18,165 nucleotides of DNA from Abditibacteriaceae bacterium (GTDB lineage: Bacteria > Armatimonadota > Abditibacteriia > Abditibacteriales > Abditibacteriaceae), in NCBI GenBank assembly GCA_031425655.1, contig JANPJS010000080.1, forward strand, positions 1 through 18,165, read 5' to 3'. Below, one piece after another: positions 8,901-15,300 of this stretch. The number at the start of each line of letters is the position of its first letter. Position 1 is the stretch's first letter. The translations under genes were made by a program, and so were the position numbers. Below the pieces are notes generated by a model, which did not search any database, had not been told where the DNA came from, and worked only from the letters and a program-made list of their open reading frames with translations.

Positions 8901-11169
8901 CGGCTGCCGCCATTTGCAGCCGATTGACGCTGTCGCACTAAACGACGACCCGCGCCGCGCCCGCTTGCGCCGCGAATTGGCCGAATCGCCGGTTTTCGCG
9001 CTCGGATTGTGGGCCGAAGAGCATTCGGCGCAGCTTGCGCCTGCGGAAAATCGGCGCTTGCAGGACTTGTTCAAAGCTGGCGTTCGCAACGTATTATCAT
9101 CAACGACCACGCTGGAACTCGGCATTGACATCGGCGGGCTGAGCGCGGTTCTGATGGGCAACGTGCCGCCCGGCAAAGCCAATTATCTGCAACGCGCCGG
9201 ACGCGCCGGTCGCCGCGCCGACGGCTCATCGGTTGTGATAACGTTCGCGCGTCCCAACCCGTTCGACCGCGCGGTTTTCGCGCGGTTCGGCGATTACATG
9301 AAGCGCGATTTGCGGCGCCCTGTGGTGTTTCTCGACCGCGCCCGCGTGGTGCGGCGTCATGCTCATGCGCTGCTGCTCGGCGAATTCTTTCGCCAGCTTT
9401 ACGGCCCCGCTGCCGAAACCGGCGCCATGCGCGCTTTTGGCAATATGGGCGAATTTTGCGGCGTGCCTTTGCCGCCTAAATGGGACAGAGGCGCCAAGCC
9501 AGCCCTCGATGCACCCGCAGCGCCGGTTCACGAGCAGTTCGTCAATTTCCTGCGCGCCTTGCAAAATCATCACGATACGGCGCTGCACGAATCGCTGCGC
9601 GCGGTTTTGCGCGGCACCAAGCTGCAAAACGAACCCGACGACTGGACGCGCTTTTTCGGCGACACCATCGCGCAGTTTGAAGACGCGCTCGCCACTTGGC
9701 GAAGCGACTACGACGAGCTTTTGGCGGCGTGGCAGGAAATCGAAAACGCGCCCGCGCAGGCCAATGCGCTGCGTTATCAAATGGCGGCGCTGTGGGAAAT
9801 GACGGTCATTGAGGCTTTCGCCGACCGCCAGTTTTTGCCGCGCTACGGCTTTCCCATCGGCGTGCAAAAGCTGCGCGTGATTACTTTTGACGACGACAAA
9901 AAACGCTTGCGCGAAGAAGACCAGTTTCGGCTTGAACGGCCCGGCTTGCTGGCTTTGCGCGAATACGTGCCCGGCTCGCAGCTTTTGGCCGGCGGGCGCC
10001 TGATTACTTCGCGCGGCTTGCTCAAGCACTGGACAGGCGCTGCGCTGGACAATTATTTGGGTGTGCAGGGCCGTTATACAAAATGCCTGAATGGGCATTT
10101 TTTCTATGCGCTCAGCGGCGAACTCGGCGCGTGCCCGGTGTGCGGGGAAGCGGCAGGCGCGGGGCGCCATTTATTGTTGCCGCGCCACGGATTTTCCAGC
10201 GCCGCGTGGGATCCGCCACGCCACAGCACCGATGTCGAGCGGGTCGGCAGCGTCGAGCAGGCGACGATTACTTTCAGCCGCAGCCACAGCAGCGAAATGA
10301 TCGAAGACGATTTTGCCGAAATTTCCGGCCTGCGCGCTCGATACCGCGAAGACGGCGAACTGCTGGTTTACAACGACGGCGAATTCAATTGCGGCTTCGC
10401 CATCTGCACCAAATGCGGCTACGCCGACAGCGAAAAACGCATGGCGCAGGGCGCTATGCACTTGCCTTCCACTTTCGCCGTCCACGCGCGGCTAACTTCC
10501 AAGCATCGCCGCGACAAGTGCTGGAACAGTGGTGAGACTTTTGTTTTGCGAAACCGCACTTTAGCCGCCAGCGAAACCACCGACGCGCTGATGCTGGATT
10601 TTTCGGCGAGTCTTGGCGATTATGCCGATTCCGCCGCGCTGTTGGAAACTTTGGGCCGCGCTCTGCAAGTGGCGGGCGCCCGCTGCCTCGAATTGGATGG
10701 CCGCGAAATCAGCGTTCTCACGGTTCCGGCGGGTGTGGCCGGGCAAAGTTTGGGCGTGGTGCTGCTGGACAACGTGCCGGGCGGCGCCGGCCATGTGCGC
10801 GAACTGCTGGGCGTGGGCCGTTTGTGGCTCGAAGCCGCGCGCGAGGCGCTTTTCGTGGACGCGGCGCATCACGCGCGCTGCGAAACCGCCTGCATTGACT
10901 GCCTACTCACCTTCGACGCGCAAACCGCCATGAGTCAGGGTTTGCTGTCGCGCCGCTTCGCGCACGACGTTTTAGAAGCCTTGCTCGGCAGCGCGCCTTT
11001 GCCTCTCGCGCCGCACGCTGCGAGAGCGCGGCGCACCATCGTAAGCGGCGCCGAGCCATCGCTTTTCGAGCCGGAAAGTCCGCCGGCTGATCCTGTGGCG
11101 CCTGTGGCCGCGCTTTCGGTTGCGGAGCGCCGTGCCCGCGCCGCGCGCCGCCGCCCCAACTCGCAGTAG
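5911..11169 (+). CDS. druE: DEAD/DEAH-box SF2 helicase with C-terminal DUF1998 domain, Druantia DruE-like (1752 aa)
   Basis: ATG 5911 follows AGGA (5901-5904) and avoids overlap with the upstream gene. Motifs: Q-motif LYTHQ, Walker A AGTGAGKTES (about 6277-6306), Ia LYPMNALVNDQ, Ib TNYSMLEYML, II LDEAH (6667-6681), III TSAT, IV-like LLAFSDSR, EEHSAQ, V STTTLELGIDIG, VI QRAGRAGRR (about 9190-9216), FLPRYGFP. DUF1998 signature DNVPGGAGHV...CETACIDCLL (10768-10908). The helicase and DUF1998 calls are secure; the druE symbol is inferred from size, architecture and partner. Confidence 0.85.
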   Translation: MSQLDAIALSAAVQRRLVDFAGEAHYTRNTHLAAICRRLWSGAPAEGGLVSDLWVEGAFPAQSGDETLQTLAARGLFDASLAAHLDARGAVPKGRALYTHQSAAIIQARHTPNHHKPALVVTAGTGAGKTESFLLPVLDALWSEPPSEKAGVRCLILYPMNALVNDQVDRLYGWMRGQNRLSLFHFTSETPEDKRAADRDGVPEWDACRFRTRKEARAGVPDILITNYSMLEYMLCRPQDTPFFGPNLSAVVLDEAHLYTGTLAAEMTLLLRRLLRRCGKEAHEILTLATSATIGSGAPGELENFAATLFSRRASQVQVIRGERARPLLESAQAPSQTPVAANLAALQWLQAPTLQIAADGATHLAENRAECARLAHQLPLLVAPSVVEAALAACENRPAVLLQKTLCAAPLTHALENALWNEPRRALGDLAREIWPEQAENEGQSAIRATLALLQMGAAARGAAGDYPLLPHRIHLLARAPEGLTLCLNADCTAPADLKMPSFGAVAAGGGGRCAVCAHATLSLFHCANCGEWALGANDDGLRLIPAYREQGGEGETLFLQAPGASSLAPLVVDARDARRLAWGTPGLVFERISDCPCCGAGRDSWQPFASGAALPMSIVAETALAELPPYPAAHHAHLPAQGRRLLAFSDSRGEAARLGPRLTRQHETQLGRAATLRCLENSPASDEETLEFWRGEVRTLEARLSHAPPSPALRQTLQNQLDEARLQLQAQHGGGSMRDWARLLESEPLLHQFFDFDGAGEHQAATWTPQKWEENFARVSRHALLLLAGELSVGTRRRMSLESLGLAEVTYPGLENAVAPAALLGTLPDAALRDGLSAVWPDFLAALCDTLRLDGVWTLGSAEEDMAYPAGRQLLGYWVVKNQPPAPYFARFTGDSLRQRRRRFAFNVLQNVAPCDNAEALSEIVLNAAFDQLLSSAETQWPWLEGGERSAALKSTPGLRLRFPDLGLRRPQRLFRCPTTGHVWPRSVAGCAPEAGCRHLQPIDAVALNDDPRRARLRRELAESPVFALGLWAEEHSAQLAPAENRRLQDLFKAGVRNVLSSTTTLELGIDIGGLSAVLMGNVPPGKANYLQRAGRAGRRADGSSVVITFARPNPFDRAVFARFGDYMKRDLRRPVVFLDRARVVRRHAHALLLGEFFRQLYGPAAETGAMRAFGNMGEFCGVPLPPKWDRGAKPALDAPAAPVHEQFVNFLRALQNHHDTALHESLRAVLRGTKLQNEPDDWTRFFGDTIAQFEDALATWRSDYDELLAAWQEIENAPAQANALRYQMAALWEMTVIEAFADRQFLPRYGFPIGVQKLRVITFDDDKKRLREEDQFRLERPGLLALREYVPGSQLLAGGRLITSRGLLKHWTGAALDNYLGVQGRYTKCLNGHFFYALSGELGACPVCGEAAGAGRHLLLPRHGFSSAAWDPPRHSTDVERVGSVEQATITFSRSHSSEMIEDDFAEISGLRARYREDGELLVYNDGEFNCGFAICTKCGYADSEKRMAQGAMHLPSTFAVHARLTSKHRRDKCWNSGETFVLRNRTLAASETTDALMLDFSASLGDYADSAALLETLGRALQVAGARCLELDGREISVLTVPAGVAGQSLGVVLLDNVPGGAGHVRELLGVGRLWLEAAREALFVDAAHHARCETACIDCLLTFDAQTAMSQGLLSRRFAHDVLEALLGSAPLPLAPHAARARRTIVSGAEPSLFEPESPPADPVAPVAALSVAERRARAARRRPNSQ

Positions 11170-11188
11170 CCAGCCTTTTCAAAGACGG

Positions 11189-11287
11189 TTAAACACAAAG
11201 GACACAAAGTTCGCACACAGACACAGAGATTCCTCTTTTGCCGTTCTTTGTGTTCTTTTGTCCAACCTTTGTGTCTTTTGTGTTGAA
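11189..11287. repeat. ACACAAAG/CTTTGTGT-type palindromic repeat, copy 2 (about 99 bp)
   Basis: Left arm 11189-11209 TTAAACACAAAGGACACAAAG pairs with right arm 11267-11287 CTTTGTGTCTTTTGTGTTGAA (19/21). Internal degenerate ACACAGA and CTTTGTGT units are present. Confidence 0.8.
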
Positions 11288-11305
11288 AATGAAGAAGGAA
11301 CAATC

Positions 11306-12076
11306 ATGCAATTTATCGAAAATGAAGTGAAAGAAATCGGGCCGGGCGTATGGATTCGCGTGGCCATTGACAACATCGCGTGGGCCGATTTGGGCGATGG
11401 CGTTGCCGTTATTGACGCGCTCGAAGACCCGGCGCAGGCCGACGTGGTGCGAAATCTCATTAAGCAAACCACGGGGCGCGATTTGAAATGGGTGGTGACC
11501 ACGCACTGGGACACCGATCACATCGCGTGCAATCCGCAGTGGCGGCGCGAAGGCGCGCCGGTCATCGCGCATCAATCGTGCGCCGATTCCGCCGCCGATT
11601 GGGAAGGCCGCCCCGATATTTCGTATGCCGACAACGCGGTTTTGCGCGGCGCCACCGAACGCATCGAAATGCAATGGCTCGGCGGCACGCACACGCCGTG
11701 GGACACCATTTTGTATTTTCCCGGCGCCCGCGTGCTGCATATCGCCGATTTATTCGGCTGGGGCTTGATTCCGTGCAAACCGACGCCGGAAAAAGTGGCG
11801 CGCTTGTGGGAAGTGCTGAATCGCGTGGTCGAATTCGAGGCCGACGCGGTGATTTGCGGCCACGGCCCGGTCACGACTTTGGCGCATATTCGCCGCTTTA
11901 TGGCCTATTTCGACGAGCTTTTAAAACAAGTGCCGCCGCTTGTGGCCGAGGGCAAATCGCTGGACGAAATCGAAGCCGCTGTGCCGCCACCCGATGACAT
12001 GAGCGATTGGTGGCGCTTCGTGGCTTGGAAGCACAAAAAGAATCTGGAAATGATCGCGGCGGATTACAGCGCTTAA
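11306..12076 (+). CDS. Metallo-beta-lactamase-fold hydrolase (cyclase/glyoxalase II-like), 256 aa
   Basis: ATG 11306 follows the SD-like GAAGGA (11294-11299). Motifs: VAVID, VVTTHWDTDH (HxHxDH variant), VIAH, GGTHTPWD, LHIADL, ICGHG. The longer ORF-track start (11120) runs through the helicase 3' end and the repeat. Confidence 0.9.
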   Translation: MQFIENEVKEIGPGVWIRVAIDNIAWADLGDGVAVIDALEDPAQADVVRNLIKQTTGRDLKWVVTTHWDTDHIACNPQWRREGAPVIAHQSCADSAADWEGRPDISYADNAVLRGATERIEMQWLGGTHTPWDTILYFPGARVLHIADLFGWGLIPCKPTPEKVARLWEVLNRVVEFEADAVICGHGPVTTLAHIRRFMAYFDELLKQVPPLVAEGKSLDEIEAAVPPPDDMSDWWRFVAWKHKKNLEMIAADYSA

Positions 12077-12099
12077 CAAGTTGCAGGCTACATAGAAAA

Positions 12100-12176
12100 G
12101 AGGCTGCAGTCAGACCCCACCTGCCCGAAGGGCGCCCGCCCCTTAGCAAGGGGGCAGGGGGTCTGACTGTAGCCTC
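12100..12176. repeat. Branched hairpin (REP-like) element between convergent genes
   Basis: Outer 19-bp stem: GAGGCTGCAGTCAGACCCC (12100-12118) with GGGGTCTGACTGTAGCCTC (12158-12176), one G.U. It encloses two small hairpins, GCCCGAAGGGC (12123-12133) and CCCCTTAGCAAGGGG (12139-12153). Confidence 0.75.
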
Positions 12177-12255
12177 GCCGGAACTCGCATTGGTCGGGAC
12201 GACGGCGATAATCTGCGTGGCCGAAACGATGGAGTCTGCGCGCATCAGGACAATA

Positions 12256-12294
12256 AAAAGCGCACCGACTGAGAAACTCAGTCGGTGCGCTTTT
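12256..12294. terminator. Intrinsic terminator, probably bidirectional
   Basis: Perfect 18-bp stem AAAAGCGCACCGACTGAG-aaa-CTCAGTCGGTGCGCTTTT with A/T tracts on both sides. It sits 13 nt past the stop codon of the minus-strand gene and between convergent genes. Confidence 0.88.
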
Positions 12295-12307
12295 GGGTTT
12301 GCAATGG

Positions 12308-15300
12308 CTACTGGCTTGGCTCGTCGTCCTCGAAAAGCAGCGCCGCTGCGTCGTCGTTGCGAATGGTGCCGATACCCAGGCCATCGGCGAGGAAGGCGAA
12401 AGTCGGTTTGCTCAGGGCGACTTTGTAAGTCTCGTTCGGCTCAACTGTCGAGTCGCCTTTGACCAAAATTGTGATGGTTTTGCTGGTTTCGCCCGGTGCG
12501 AATGTGAGAGTGCCCGAAGCCGCCACGTAATCGCTTGCCACGGCGGTGCTGTCGGCGGTCGTCCAATCTACCGTGACGGTGTCAGTCGAAGCCGCCGAAA
12601 GCGTCACGGTGAAGATTTGGGATGTCGTGCCGCCGTCGCCTTCGTTAATGGTGAGCGCGTTGGCGATGGTAATGCCTGGCCCATCGTCGTTGTTGATCTG
12701 GCCCACACCACGATTGTCGGCAATCGTCGCATTCGTCGGCGTCTTGAGATCGAAGAAGAAGGTTTCATTGAGTTCGACCGCGCTGTCGCCGATGAACTGA
12801 ATCGTCACGCGCTTGAGAGTCTCGCCCGGCGCAAAGGTCAGCTTGCCACTTTTAGCTGTGTAATCGCTGCCGGCGAGGGCCGGATTATTGATGCCATTGG
12901 CCGTTTGATAATTAACCGTCACGCTTTGCGTGCTGGCCGTAGTGAGCGTGATGTCGAAGGTGACCGAACCGGGCGAGGGTGCGCTGCCTTCGGGAAGTGA
13001 ACGCGGGTTATTGACGGCGATTCTGATGTCATCGTCGGTAATGGTGCCCACGCCCTGCGCGTCGGCAATGGTTGCGCCGTTGGGATTGCTCAGGTTTACG
13101 ACGAAGGTTTCGTTGGGTTCGCCTGCTGTGTCGCCAATGATTGGCACAACGATAGTCGCGCTGAGTTGTCCTGCCGGGATGGTTACCGTGCCGCCGGCGG
13201 CAGTGTAATCGCTGGCCGCCGTCGCCGTGCCGTTAGCCGTGGCATAGGTCACTGTGACAGATTGCGTGCTGGTCTTGGACAAGCTCACTGTGAACGTGAG
13301 GTTGCTACTGCCGCTATTGCCCTCGGCTTTTGATACGTCGTTAATGGAAATCGTGGGAAGCACAGTGAAGGTGCCGGTGCTGGTGGCAGTGCCGCCGGGC
13401 GTGGTGACGCTGATTTTGCCGGTGGTCGCGTTGGTAGGCACCGCTACGGTAATCTGCACTGAGGAATTAACGGTAAACGCCGGCGCGCTGACGCCGTTGA
13501 ATTTCACTCCCGTCGCGTTGCTGAAATTGACGCCCTCAATGACGACACTGGTGCCCGCGCCGCCGCTGGTCGGGCTGAAACTGAAAATCACCGGCGCGGG
13601 CACCACGGTGTAGCTATTGGTGCTGGTGGCGGTTCCGCCCGGTGTCGTGACGCTAATTTTGCCGGTTGTCGCACCGGCAGGCACCGTTACGGTGATTTGC
13701 GTGGGCGAATTGACTACGAAATCGGCGCTGGTCTGGTTGATGCGCACATCGGTCGCGCCGGTGAAGTTGGTGCCGGTGATGACCACGCTGTCGCCGACCT
13801 TGCCGCTGGCCGGCGCAAAACTGGTAATCGTCGGCGCCACAAGAGGCACTGTGAAGTTGCTGGCGCTGATGGCTGTGCCGTTCGGCGTGGTGACGCTGAT
13901 TGGGCCGGTGGTCGCGCCTGCCGGCACCGTCGCGGTTATGGTCGTGGCAGAGTTGACGGTGAAAGTGGCCGTAGTGCCGTTGAATTTCACCGAATTGGCG
14001 CCGGTGAAGTTGGTGCCGGTAATCGTCACCGTGGTGCCGGCAGCGCCGCTCGTCGGCGTGAAACTGGTGATTTTCGGAAAAGCGGTGCTGGTCGCCGTAA
14101 GATCAACGCTGGTGGCGGTGTAACTGACGGCGAAACCGGGAGCGCTGACCGTGGCAAAAGTGCTGCTGCCGCGTGCGCCGGAAGCGAAAGTCACCACCGA
14201 AAAGACCGCGCCGCTTGCCGGTTGGAACGGGCTAATCAGACTGGCGTTGAGCCGGCCTCCGAGCGCGACGGGCGTGTTCAGTCGCAGTTGATCGAAGCCA
14301 CTGCCCGCCGTTGCGCCGCCAATCTGGATGTTGAGAATTCCCGTAGAAGTCTGGGTAAAAGGAACGAAAATGCCCGGAGTGCTGGATGCTCCCAGATTCA
14401 GCGTTTTTTTGTTGTTGAACTGCTGACCTGTGCCGCCGTTGAAAGCTGCCCAGCCTGCGTTAGGCATCGCCGTAAAGGTGCCGTTGTTGTTGAAAACACT
14501 GTCGGTCAGCGCCGTAATGTTGCCGGCGAGCCAGTTCGTGGTGCCGTTAGCGTTGATGGTGCCGCTGAGAGCGCCGCCGGATAATGTTAGGCCGCCGGTG
14601 ATGGTGCCTCCGCCCGCCACGGTCGTGAGCGTGCCGCCGAACAGTTCGAGTTTGCCGCCGCTTTGTCCACCGACGATGCTGCCGCTGATGCTCACCGTCG
14701 CCTGAATCTGGCTGCTGCCCGCGCCGGTGAACTTAGCCCCACCGGTCAGGATGTGCGTATTGCCATTGAAGCGCACGAATGCACCGCTGCTGCAATTGAA
14801 GGTGCCGGTGCTGGTGCCGTCTGAGATGCCCAAAATGCCCGCAAGCACGTTCACTGTGCCGCTGTTCTTGAAGTTGGCGCCGCCGCCGAACTGAGAATAT
14901 TCCGTGGTCGTGCCGCTGGCGTTGAGGGTGCCGATGTTGTTGAACTGCTGACCCGTTCCGCCGTTGAAGGCCGCCCATATCGCGTTGGCCGTCGTCGTAA
15001 ACGTGCCGTTGTTGTTGAAAATTGAGTCCGTGAACACCGTTATGTTGCCGCCGAGCCAGTTCGTGGTGCCGTTGGCGTTGATAGTGCCGGACAGCCCGCC
15101 GCCGGATAATGTTAGGCCGCCAGTGATGGTGCCACCGCCTGCTACGGTCGTGAGAGTGCCGCCGAACAGTTCGAGTTTGCCGCCGCTTTGTCCACCGACG
15201 ATGCTTCCACTGATACTCACCGTCGCCTGAATCTGGCTGCTGCCCGCGCCGGTGAACTTAGCGCCGCCGGTCAAGGTGTGCGTATTGCCATTGAAGCGCA

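Noticed and set aside
5911..11169. DISARM, Dpd, BREX or Cas3 assignment
   Set aside because: Helicase and DUF1998 are in one polypeptide. No methylase, PLD, SNF2, PglZ, dpd or cas genes, and no HD domain, are seen in the window.
11120..11305. N-terminal extension of the MBL ORF
   Set aside because: It is translation through the helicase 3' end and the palindromic repeat. The real start is ATG 11306, which has an SD.
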